A DNA stretch of 64,000 nt from a virus: positions 1 to 64,000 of the IMG/VR virus record IMGVR_UViG_3300045996_000607. One strand, given 5' to 3'. The position numbers and the translations under genes were made by a program. Below the pieces are notes generated by a model. The model saw nothing but the letters and a program-made list of their open reading frames with translations, was not told where the DNA came from and searched no databases. Of the stretch, positions 9,561 through 17,659 are shown in pieces. The stretch's first letter is position 1, and the number at the start of each line of letters is the position of its first letter.

Positions 9561-11461
9561 TGTTCCATTACTTCAATAATCTCGTCAACGCCGCCAACGG
9601 CAACGCGCTCCCGGGCTACCTCATCTATGTGCTGGATGCTGGTGGCGCCATCATCCCGATCTACTCGGATGAGAGCGGCACCCCGATCCAGACTGTCTCC
9701 GAATATGAGAACGCGGCGATCACCGACACAGAGGGGAACTACGACTTCTACGTCGATGATGGCACCTACAGCCTCCAGTTCAGGACGGTTGCGGGCAGCA
9801 TACTCGACACGATCGTAAACGTGCCGATGATCAGCAACGTCGCACTGCTGGATCTGAGCGCGGATGACGGCGCCACACTGGTCGGCACTGCCGGTGGCGA
9901 CACGGTGCAGCAGGAGCTGGACGCGAAGGTTCCGATCGTGGGCCTCGCTGCCACCTCCGGCTCCTCCCTCGTCGGCTTCCTCCAGTCCGGCACCGGAGCC
10001 GTGGCGCGTACGGCACAAGACAAGGGCCGCGATGTCATCTCGGTCAACGACTTCGGGGCCGTGGGGGATGGCGTCACCGATAACACAGCGGCGATCAACA
10101 AGGCCGTACTCGCGGCAGCGCTGGCGGGTGGCGGTGAGGTAATCTTCGGGGCGGCGACGGGCGAATACAGGGTCGTTGGCCCGGTGATATTGCCCTCCAA
10201 TGTGGTGATAAACCTCAGCGGCCAGATCCTCTCCGCCGATGGGTACAATGACGGCAACGAAATGTTCGTCACAGGAACCGTTGAGGCCGGCGCGCTCGCT
10301 TCCAACTTGGGGAGCCCAGCCGAGACAAAGATCGTGGGATATTCTCGCGTCTACAACGGCATGATCAAGGACGTTGGTATGGCGTTTCACATGCGGAATT
10401 TCAATTTCGCGTGTTCGATCGATAACGTCAGCACTTTCGACGCTCTGCAATTCGGCGTCTTTGAGCGCTGTTTTTACATGTCGATGGATAATTGCTCGGC
10501 TCGGGGATCCAGCGACATTCCGTCCCCCACCTACCATTTTACCGAGCAGAATAACCTCATCAACTTGCGCCGGGTGAGCGCCACGGCCGCCTCTCCGTTC
10601 TGCTTTGAGGGCGGGTCTACCGGCGTCACCCTTACCAGTTGCTCCGGAGAGGGCGGCATCGGCAAAGGCGTGGAATTCAAGGACGACTGCCTCGGGTTCA
10701 CCGTGGATGCCGGTTACTGGGAGGCAATCCAGGGCACGCTTTTCGACTTCACCGCGGCCGGCGCTTGCTCGGTGCGGTTTACCAGCAATTATATCAACTA
10801 TGTGGACACCGTGTTTGACGACGGCGGCGTGAGTGCCACTGGCACGCTGTTCGGCTCTTTTGATGACTCCAACTACATCGCTAACGCCGGGAATACGCTC
10901 GAGGGTTTCACCTACGATGGCGCAATGAAGGTCTCCGGGGCGCGGAACTTCATCAAGTTCGAATTGCCCTATGCGAACGACGTAGCGGCCACGCTTCCTG
11001 CGAACTGGACGGTCGGGCAGAACACCCGCATCTCCCGCGAGATCGGCACTTCAGGGGCTACGTTGACGGACATTCGGGGGCGCAGCCAATTCTATCCGGT
11101 CGGCATCATCCCCATCCCGCGCGCGGGTGATGTGGGTGAGCCGCTCGCCGGACGAGTGACGGGATCCACCAGTGTGGCGAATGTTCCGATTCCCACCGGA
11201 GGCAGCGTTGTCGCGACAATCGACACCAAGCTGGTCTGGCGTCCGAAAACACTCAGGGCCACTTATGTGTTGTGGGCTCAGGACAATGCCGACCTCTACA
11301 AGCTCTATGGCGACATCTACGGCGATCAGGTCGTTGAGGGCGACTCCACGGTCAAGACGGTTACCGCGTCCGACAATGGCGGTTTCCTGCGCCTGACGAT
11401 CGCGAGCCTGGACAACACCAACGGCAGCGCGACTCTGACGGGTACGGTCCAGCTCGCATGA
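9560..11461 (+). CDS. Tailspike / depolymerase with pectin-lyase-like beta-helix (phage A)
   Basis: GTGAVART..DK.RD.ISVNDFGAVGDGVTDNTAAI signature. Confidence 0.85.
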   Translation: MFHYFNNLVNAANGNALPGYLIYVLDAGGAIIPIYSDESGTPIQTVSEYENAAITDTEGNYDFYVDDGTYSLQFRTVAGSILDTIVNVPMISNVALLDLSADDGATLVGTAGGDTVQQELDAKVPIVGLAATSGSSLVGFLQSGTGAVARTAQDKGRDVISVNDFGAVGDGVTDNTAAINKAVLAAALAGGGEVIFGAATGEYRVVGPVILPSNVVINLSGQILSADGYNDGNEMFVTGTVEAGALASNLGSPAETKIVGYSRVYNGMIKDVGMAFHMRNFNFACSIDNVSTFDALQFGVFERCFYMSMDNCSARGSSDIPSPTYHFTEQNNLINLRRVSATAASPFCFEGGSTGVTLTSCSGEGGIGKGVEFKDDCLGFTVDAGYWEAIQGTLFDFTAAGACSVRFTSNYINYVDTVFDDGGVSATGTLFGSFDDSNYIANAGNTLEGFTYDGAMKVSGARNFIKFELPYANDVAATLPANWTVGQNTRISREIGTSGATLTDIRGRSQFYPVGIIPIPRAGDVGEPLAGRVTGSTSVANVPIPTGGSVVATIDTKLVWRPKTLRATYVLWAQDNADLYKLYGDIYGDQVVEGDSTVKTVTASDNGGFLRLTIASLDNTNGSATLTGTVQLA

Positions 11462-12162
11462 CGCTCGATCAACCAGTAAGACGCAATGCCCACTGCGAGA
11501 CTGGCGGGCACCCCCAGCCACGGCACGCCAGCGCGGACGACAAGGGCAATGCACATCATCTGCCACACGTAGATGCTGTATCCCGCGCGTCCGATGCCAG
11601 CCAGCCACCGTGGCGTCGGCCATTGTGGCGCCTCATACTTCGCCAGCAAGCCTCCCGCCGCGAAGAAGCCTATGCTCCCCACCAGCGTCATAGGGGCGCC
11701 GGCGAGCAGCCAATAGCCAATGCCGACCGGAGCAAGGGCCCACAGCAGGCCACGCCTTTTCGCGACCGCGGGCCAAAGCGCGTAAGCCTGCATCTCGACG
11801 GCGATCGACCACAGGTGCCAGACGTGGCCGTGGGTGCCGACCATATCGCGGGCAATCAGCTGATCGGACAGGAACAGGAAGTGCCAGCCGTAGCCGGCCA
11901 TTCCTCTGCCCTGAGCGAGGTTCATCGCAAGATTGATGGCGAGATAAGCGAACAACAGCGGAATGATGCGGGTGGCTCTGCGCGCCCAGAAGGCGCCGAC
12001 ACCAACGCCGCCCGCCAGTTGCCTCGTAATGAAGTAGCCGGAAAGCGTGAAGAAGACCGGCACCCCGAGCCAGCCAACGGGAAACGCGCCCGCATGAAAC
12101 AGCAGCACGGCGAGAACAGCGAGGCCGCGCAGCGCGTCAAGTGTAGGCGCTCGGCCCTTCAT
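11326..12162 (-). CDS. Acyltransferase family 3 (OafA-like) membrane protein
   Basis: LDALRGLAVLAVLLFH, GVPVFFTLSGY, HLWSIAVEMQ and YSIYVWQ motifs. Confidence 0.9.
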   Translation of the reverse strand: MKGRAPTLDALRGLAVLAVLLFHAGAFPVGWLGVPVFFTLSGYFITRQLAGGVGVGAFWARRATRIIPLLFAYLAINLAMNLAQGRGMAGYGWHFLFLSDQLIARDMVGTHGHVWHLWSIAVEMQAYALWPAVAKRRGLLWALAPVGIGYWLLAGAPMTLVGSIGFFAAGGLLAKYEAPQWPTPRWLAGIGRAGYSIYVWQMMCIALVVRAGVPWLGVPASLAVGIASYWLIERHASWTVPVRVALPLVLSRLAIVRRRKPPLSDAVTVLTVESPSTT

Positions 12163-12209
12163 CCCTCAGACTTACCACACCCCGGACTCACCGCAAAGAG
12201 GGAAGCTGC

Positions 12210-12614
12210 GTGACCCTGACATCCGCTCTTGCCCTTCTGGGCGCTATCCTCGGGCCAGCGGGCATCGGCTTCCTGCTGAAGACGTGGCTCGACCATCAAC
12301 GCGGCAAACGCAAGCAGTCTGATGATGTCGCCATGGCGCTTGTCGAGAAGCTGGAAGCCCGCGTCGAGAAGCTGGAAGGCTCGCTCGAGCGGGAACAGGA
12401 GCGATGCGAGGCGATGCTCGGCGTCCACCGGCACCGCATCAACAATCAGCGGACGTTGATCTATTCGCTGCTGCACTTGTTCGACATGCCCGCTGCACGC
12501 CGGAAGGCGGCGCTGGTGATCGTGCGCGCCGAGCTTGCTTCAATGGAGCAGGCGGAGGCCGTCGAGAAGGGCATCGTTGCCGCAGCGCCTCTAGCCACCC
12601 CGGAGGCTGCATGA
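12210..12614 (+). CDS. Lysis-associated membrane protein (single TM plus coiled coil; holin/antiholin candidate)
   Basis: N-terminal TM, directly upstream of the endolysin. Confidence 0.55.
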   Translation: MTLTSALALLGAILGPAGIGFLLKTWLDHQRGKRKQSDDVAMALVEKLEARVEKLEGSLEREQERCEAMLGVHRHRINNQRTLIYSLLHLFDMPAARRKAALVIVRAELASMEQAEAVEKGIVAAAPLATPEAA

Positions 12615-13276
12615 CCATAGCCACCTTTCAGGCATGGCTGAACGCGCGCGGCGCTGACATCGCCGTTGATGGCGCGGGTGGGCCGAAGACCCGCGCTGCG
12701 ATCCTGGACGTATTCACCAACCTCCATGCGCCGGCAGTCGACAGCGTGGAGCTCGCCGGCTTCGCGGACGATCTCGGTGTGAGCCTGAAGCAGATGATGG
12801 CCGTGGCCAAGGTCGAGTCTGCTGGCGGTGGCTTCACCGATACCGGCCGCCCCAAGATCCTTTTTGAGCGACATTACTTCTGGCGCCTGACGCAAGGCGC
12901 CCATGGGTTGCAGCCGTGGAGCAATCCGCAAGGGGGCGGCTATGATCAGGACAGCTGGTCGAAGCTGTGCCTTGCCGCGTGCGTAGATCCCTCTGCCGCC
13001 TTTGCCTCATGCAGCTGGGGCAAGTTCCAGATCATGGGCGCGCACTGGCTCGCGCTCGATTATCTCTCGAGCTACGGCATGGCCTATACGATGGTCCACA
13101 GCGAGGCTGACCACTACGAGGCGCTGGTGCGGTTCGTGAAGGCGAACCGGCTGGTGGAGGAAATGCGGGCCATCTCGCGCGATCCCGAGACGTGCCGGGG
13201 TTTCGCGAAGGCGTATAATGGCCCGGGCTACGAGCGCTTCCGCTATCATCTCAAGCTGGCAGAGGCGATGCGATGA
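12611..13276 (+). CDS. Endolysin, N-acetylmuramidase (DUF3380-like) with N-terminal PG-binding segment
   Basis: AVAKVESAG..RPKILFERH, SWGKFQIMG and FAKAYNGPGY motifs. Confidence 0.9.
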   Translation: MTIATFQAWLNARGADIAVDGAGGPKTRAAILDVFTNLHAPAVDSVELAGFADDLGVSLKQMMAVAKVESAGGGFTDTGRPKILFERHYFWRLTQGAHGLQPWSNPQGGGYDQDSWSKLCLAACVDPSAAFASCSWGKFQIMGAHWLALDYLSSYGMAYTMVHSEADHYEALVRFVKANRLVEEMRAISRDPETCRGFAKAYNGPGYERFRYHLKLAEAMR

Positions 13277-13542
13277 ACCTCCCCCGCCTCTCCGATCACG
13301 GCAGCGAAATCGGCCTGCTCGCATGGCTCGGAAGCGGCGTCATCGCTATCCTGCTGGTCGCGGCATGGAAGGGCTGGCTCGCTGGCCAGAACGCGATCGA
13401 CGTCGCCGCATTCCTGCTCGTTCTGCAGCGCATCGTAGAGGCCGTACAGAAGCGCTGGGAGCAACGATCCATCGACCGCATGGGCCAGAGCCTCGCCAAC
13501 GCGCCTCCATCCGATCCGCCGTCGACCGGCGCGCAATCGTAG
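13273..13542 (+). CDS. Holin-like two-TM protein
   Basis: Two hydrophobic helices; follows the endolysin. Confidence 0.55.
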   Translation: MNLPRLSDHGSEIGLLAWLGSGVIAILLVAAWKGWLAGQNAIDVAAFLLVLQRIVEAVQKRWEQRSIDRMGQSLANAPPSDPPSTGAQS

Positions 13543-13855
13543 GCAGGTTTTGGGCGGGTTGGCTAATTCCTGATAGCGCTGCTGGACGTGTCCCTGCGCG
13601 GGATCACATCACCGGGCCGCTCTCCGCACTTGCATCGCAGCCGGGCCTTGAGTTCATCCAGCGTGAGGTCGCCCAGCCGCTCGAGCAACTCCTTCGCGCT
13701 CATCACCCGGATACGCTTGCAGCCGGGCTTGTGGCAGCCGACGTGGACGTTCAGGCCGTCTGATATGAGGTGGGAGAGCTTTCTCACCCCCACGCCATCC
13801 AGCAGGCGGCAAACACCAGCATACCGAAGAAGCCGCGGAGGAAGCGGCGGTCGGT
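13536..13855 (+). repeat. Segment shared with phage B (60214..60240 plus 60431..60723)
   Basis: 27-bp atcgtaggcaggttttgggcgggttgg plus about 290 bp of high identity; B has a 190-bp insert between them. Confidence 0.9.
13563..13787 (-). CDS. Small zinc-ribbon protein (copy at 60431..60655)
   Basis: C-x4-C ... CKC; near-identical to the B copy; GTG start overlaps the upstream peptide stop. Confidence 0.7.
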   Translation of the reverse strand: MRKLSHLISDGLNVHVGCHKPGCKRIRVMSAKELLERLGDLTLDELKARLRCKCGERPGDVIPRRDTSSSAIRN

Positions 13856-13870
13856 GATTAGTGCGCGCAT
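13784..13870 (-). CDS. 28-aa hydrophobic peptide MRALITDRRFLRGFFGMLVFAACWMAWG
   Basis: Not in ORF track; conserved in length and sequence at 60652..60738. Confidence 0.65.
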   Translation of the reverse strand: MRALITDRRFLRGFFGMLVFAACWMAWG

Positions 13871-13891
13871 TCAGATGCTATAGCGTGGACA

Positions 13892-13906
13892 GAACGTTTG
13901 CGGAAC
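13892..13906. promoter_or_regulatory. Alphaproteobacterial LexA (SOS) box GAAC-N7-GAAC between divergent genes
   Basis: GAACgtttgcgGAAC, next to palindromic gctatagc (13877..13884) that could act as -10 on both strands. Confidence 0.75.
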
Positions 13907-13920
13907 GCTAGTGTTAGTCC

Positions 13921-15144
13921 GTGCTCGTCACCTACGTCTTCCGGGTTCGCCCAACCGCTGCGCAGTATGCGCGGCTTGACGAGATACTCCGAGACCAGCG
14001 CCATCTCTACAACGCCGCCCTACAAGAGCGGCAGGAAGGATGGCGCCGCGGTATCTCCATCTCCCAAAATGACCAGACCAAATCGCTGACCGAGATCCGG
14101 GCTTTCGATGAAGTATACGGCAGCCTGCCCTACAATCTCTCGAAATGGACACTTTGCCGACTTGAGGACGCCATGAGGGGCTTCTTCCGTCGCGTGAAGC
14201 GCGGCGCTCGCAGTGGCTTCCCTCGCTTCCGCGGCGCCGGTCGTTGGCGCAGCTTTGGGTTCTCTCAGAAGGATGGGCTCAGGCTTGTTGGTTCGACCCT
14301 CCGATTCAGCGGTGGGCTTGTCGGCGGACTGAAGATCAAGATGCACCGTCCCCTTCCTGAGGGGGCGCAAATCAAATCTGCGGTCTTTACCAAACAAAGC
14401 GGACGATGGCGGGCGGCACTGGCGATCGACATAGCGGTAGCCAGCAGGCATGAACTTCCGGGAACCGCAACAGGAATGGATGTGGGTATCGAAGCGATAG
14501 CCACGCTTTCGGATGGGAGTCGCTTTGCCAACCTTCGGGCCGGCACCCACCGTAAGGCCGCATTGCGTCGCGCCTCACGCGCTTTGGGTCGATGTAAGCG
14601 AGGTTCGCGGCGCCGCCTTAAGGCGCGCGCCCGTCTCGCTCGCCTCCAGCGGCTGGTTAGGCAGGCTCGAACCAACCACCTCCACCAAGTCTCTTCGGTA
14701 ATTGCGCGCGATTACGAATTGATTGTAGTCGAGGCTCTGAAGCTTCGGAATATGACCCGTTCCGCGTCCGGCACAGTTGACGCCCCGGGGAGCAACGTCC
14801 GGCAGAAGGCCGGTCTGAACCGCGCGCTGGCAGATGCCGCGCCGGGAAGGTTGATCGAGATGCTGCGCTACAAGGCTGAGAGGGCCGGTGGCGTGATGAT
14901 CGCGGTCGATCCGAAGCGGACATCGCAGGAATGCAGTTCCTGTGGTGAGATCGTAAAGAAGGCGCTGTCTGAGCGTCGTCACGTTTGCGCTTGTGGCGCA
15001 AACCTTCATCGCGATCACAATGCCGCGATCAACATATTAGCGCGCGGCCTTGCTGCGCACGGGGCTGTCAGGGGCCCCGGAGACGCCAACGTGGGACAAC
15101 AGTCCGTGCGTCGTCTCGGAACAGCGGAGCCGCTGGCGGCTTAG
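13921..15144 (+). CDS. tnpB: RNA-guided endonuclease TnpB (IS200/IS605 family), no tnpA
   Basis: N-terminal HTH (YVFRVRPT), GFPRF, RuvC D (GMDVG), E (VVEAL), D (HRDHNAAINI), zinc finger CSSCG...CACG. Confidence 0.95.
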   Translation: MLVTYVFRVRPTAAQYARLDEILRDQRHLYNAALQERQEGWRRGISISQNDQTKSLTEIRAFDEVYGSLPYNLSKWTLCRLEDAMRGFFRRVKRGARSGFPRFRGAGRWRSFGFSQKDGLRLVGSTLRFSGGLVGGLKIKMHRPLPEGAQIKSAVFTKQSGRWRAALAIDIAVASRHELPGTATGMDVGIEAIATLSDGSRFANLRAGTHRKAALRRASRALGRCKRGSRRRLKARARLARLQRLVRQARTNHLHQVSSVIARDYELIVVEALKLRNMTRSASGTVDAPGSNVRQKAGLNRALADAAPGRLIEMLRYKAERAGGVMIAVDPKRTSQECSSCGEIVKKALSERRHVCACGANLHRDHNAAINILARGLAAHGAVRGPGDANVGQQSVRRLGTAEPLAA

Positions 15145-15221
15145 CCGCTAACGACCGTACCAAGATTGCCGCATCGATTCCGGCGCGTTGATCCCAATGA
15201 CCATAATACAAACACCCCCGA
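15070..15221 (+). ncRNA. Putative omegaRNA scaffold plus guide overlapping the tnpB 3' end
   Basis: Stems gagacg/cgtctc enclosing ggac-aaca-gtcc, and tggcggc-tta-gccgcta; expected location for TnpB reRNA; boundaries uncertain. Confidence 0.5.
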
Positions 15222-15404
15222 TCAGCAGGGGCTATTGAGTTCGACGCCCAGAAAGCTGGCGAGGTTTGCGCGCGGAGTTCCGAAGCGCATGCATTCTTCG
15301 CACAGAGCAGACCAATGTTCCTTCTTGGCGCCGCAGTGCTCGCACATCGGCCGGTTGGCGATGATACGGTGTCGTAGGGTTGCGAGAGAGGGTTTGCCCG
15401 TCAT
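15222..15404 (-). CDS. Small zinc-finger protein
   Basis: CEHC...CEEC; coupled to upstream gene. Confidence 0.55.
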   Translation of the reverse strand: MTGKPSLATLRHRIIANRPMCEHCGAKKEHWSALCEECMRFGTPRANLASFLGVELNSPC

Positions 15405-15856
15405 GATGAAGCTCCCATCCCTGCTATTTCAGCGTTGAGGGAGGGGGTGGAAGCGGCTCGGGCGCGTAGGGCGGCTGCGCAGATTGCGAGCGGGATTGTC
15501 GCGGCCCTCGCTCCGGCAGAGTACGGCTCCTCGGTCATCTCAAAGCCAGCACGTGGCGTTCGCTGATCTTCGCGAGAGTATCCGTAGGCAGCGGGGCTCA
15601 GCGGGGCACTGGCGCTCCACCACCAGTTCGGTTGCGCCAGAGTCATGGCGGCGTCGATAGAGCCGGTGAATGCGGGCAGCGTCCGTTTGTCCGCCACTAG
15701 AGGGCTTGCGTGGAACACCGTGGGTTCCTCGTCGCCGACAATGTAAATGCCGACATGCGCGTCAGGGTACAGCGCCTTGACGATCGCTGCATCAAGTTCC
15801 CGATCAGGCCCGGTCGCGGCCGTGCACAACTCAACCAATGCAAGAAGATCGCTCAT
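15401..15856 (-). CDS. Phage hypothetical protein
   Basis: ATGPDRELDAAI...SIDAAMTL pattern; N- and C-termini shared with 62502..62759. Confidence 0.65.
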   Translation of the reverse strand: MSDLLALVELCTAATGPDRELDAAIVKALYPDAHVGIYIVGDEEPTVFHASPLVADKRTLPAFTGSIDAAMTLAQPNWWWSASAPLSPAAYGYSREDQRTPRAGFEMTEEPYSAGARAATIPLAICAAALRARAASTPSLNAEIAGMGASS

Positions 15857-16371
15857 GCTACACCTCCCAGGCGCGCTATCTCGGAAGAGGGGGTGGGGGC
15901 GTAGGATGCCTCCATAGCGGCTCGGAGTTCATCGTCGCTCAGGTCAGGCATTGCGCGGATGTGCTCCCACCTGATCAGACGAGCATCGGAAATGCTGTTG
16001 ATGTACGCTCGCAGATCATCCGTGAGGCGAAACCATTCGCCTTTTGGGCGGATGCGAGACTTCGCGAAATGACGGTGCAGTCGACCCTCTAGCCCTTCGT
16101 CCCCGGGGATCGTGGCGAGAACCTTGAGCTTCCCCGAGTTCGCGCATTGGAGTGTGCGAACGCGTGAAGCGAGATCACTCGTCCAGCCGATTTTGACCGT
16201 GCGCGAATTGCCAGCGCGGACGAAGTAGACGACGCCTGCCGCCGTTTCGTGTTTTCCACTCGCACCAAGAACGCCAGCCTTTTCAATGGCCGGTTTTCCA
16301 AGAACGGAAGGTGACTCTGGCGGATTTGCGTGCATGATGCCTATCGCAATTTTAAGTGGATATCGACGCAT
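15853..16371 (-). CDS. GIY-YIG / T5orf172-like nuclease-domain protein
   Basis: VYFV..G...VKIGWT.D...R...LQ..N; E..LH..F...R...GEWF. Confidence 0.8.
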   Translation of the reverse strand: MRRYPLKIAIGIMHANPPESPSVLGKPAIEKAGVLGASGKHETAAGVVYFVRAGNSRTVKIGWTSDLASRVRTLQCANSGKLKVLATIPGDEGLEGRLHRHFAKSRIRPKGEWFRLTDDLRAYINSISDARLIRWEHIRAMPDLSDDELRAAMEASYAPTPSSEIARLGGVA

Positions 16372-16412
16372 ATACTAGGCAGATTTCGGGGTGTTTTCCA
16401 AGCGTTTTCGAT
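16243..16412. other. Putative intact attP
   Basis: GTTTTCCA-type repeats at 16251, 16293 and 16393 (variants about 16279 and 16404) flank an AT-richer core at the integrase 3' end. Confidence 0.5.
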
Positions 16413-17436
16413 GGACGCTCTTTGTTCCCTCCCATTTCAGGACTGCCGCAGAGCCAAGGCGCTTGTTGTTCCGGCGCCGCGCGTAGTGCTCGACCATCCC
16501 GAGGGATTGCCCTGTAATCGATGAAACCTCGCCCGTTGAGCAGCCGGCCTCGAGCAGGGCATTGACCGCATTCTTGCGGAGGCCGTGCGGCACCACCTCG
16601 TAGCTGAGCGTGCGGGCAAACCGCTGCAGGTGCTTGCGCAGCGTGTCGACCTTCATTGGGCGTCCATTGCGCCCGTAGAGAATCGTCAGGGCCTCGCGCG
16701 GGGTTGCGTCCAGCAGCGCCTTCAGGTCGCTGTGAAGCTGGATATCCAGCTCCTTGCCGGTCTTCTGCTGCTTCACATAGACGAAGCCATCGCGGATATC
16801 GGACCACCGCATCTTGCACACGTCGCCGATGCGCTGGCCGGTATAGTACAGCAGACCCACCGCGAGCCCGACGTTTGCATCAGAAAGAGCGGCCTCAATC
16901 AGATCCTCGGGCCATGGCTCATGCTCCTCCTCCGACTTCTCGCCGAAGTCGATACCATCGGTAGGGTCGATCTTGATCCATTCCCGCTTGATCGCGAACC
17001 TCATCAGGTTCTGCATCACGGCGAGCACCATCTTTGCGGCGCCGGGTGTAGCGGCCATCTTGTCCAGCAGCGCCACGATGTCGGAGCGCTCGACTTCAGC
17101 AAGCGGCGCATCCCCCATTTCCGCCTCGATCCGCCTGATGTAGATCAGGTAGGTGTGCTGCGTGCCGTTGCTGCGGCGGGTGAACTTCTCGCTCTTCTGG
17201 TATGCGCGACTCAGGTCGGCGACCGTGGTGTCGCTCTTGAGCGCAGCCCGCGACGTGCGAGCGGCCAGCAGCGAAGCATACACACCGCCATAGCTCGGGT
17301 CCGACTTCTTGGGCAGGCGCTTGTAGACGCGCTTGCCGGCAACCGTCTGGCCGGTGTCAAAATACTCGTAGTCATTGCCACGAGCGCGGACCTTCTTGAT
17401 GAAGTCGGGATATGAGGCGACCAGTTTACGCGGCAT
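16375..17436 (-). CDS. int: Tyrosine recombinase / integrase
   Basis: YTGQRIGD, QQKTG, HGLRK and GQSLGMVEHY catalytic motifs; probable start MPRKLV at 17436. Confidence 0.93.
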   Translation of the reverse strand: MPRKLVASYPDFIKKVRARGNDYEYFDTGQTVAGKRVYKRLPKKSDPSYGGVYASLLAARTSRAALKSDTTVADLSRAYQKSEKFTRRSNGTQHTYLIYIRRIEAEMGDAPLAEVERSDIVALLDKMAATPGAAKMVLAVMQNLMRFAIKREWIKIDPTDGIDFGEKSEEEHEPWPEDLIEAALSDANVGLAVGLLYYTGQRIGDVCKMRWSDIRDGFVYVKQQKTGKELDIQLHSDLKALLDATPREALTILYGRNGRPMKVDTLRKHLQRFARTLSYEVVPHGLRKNAVNALLEAGCSTGEVSSITGQSLGMVEHYARRRNNKRLGSAAVLKWEGTKSVHRKRLENTPKSA

Positions 17437-17659
17437 TGTAGAGCTTCGATTTGCTGCGCCAGTTCGGCGTGGTGTCATTGGTCAGGCGGTTCAGGTGCTC
17501 ATCGATCGCCACGCGGCTCCAATGCTCGCTGTTGCCCAACTTGATCGGCCCCGGCAGTCGAGCTGCGGCAACCTCGCGCTCGAACTCCGCCGCGGTCAAG
17601 TCGCAGTACAACGCAGCGGTGGCGCGTCGCATCATTCGGGGCCAGCCTGGTGCGGTCAT
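17426..17659 (-). CDS. xis: Excisionase-like wHTH protein
   Basis: WPRMMRRATAALYCD...LPGP...W; immediately upstream of int. Confidence 0.7.
   Translation of the reverse strand: MTAPGWPRMMRRATAALYCDLTAAEFEREVAAARLPGPIKLGNSEHWSRVAIDEHLNRLTNDTTPNWRSKSKLYNAA

Noticed and set aside
13921-15144. Nuclease-dead TnpB (TldR-like repressor)
   Set aside because: All three RuvC acidic residues appear present
15198-15215. Match of possible guide sequence to terL near 37023 (gtgtttgtat)
   Set aside because: Only about 10-11 nt, expected by chance; no convincing in-window target found by eye
16335-16352. Additional CI operator near the int end (ctatcgcaatt)
   Set aside because: Half-site only
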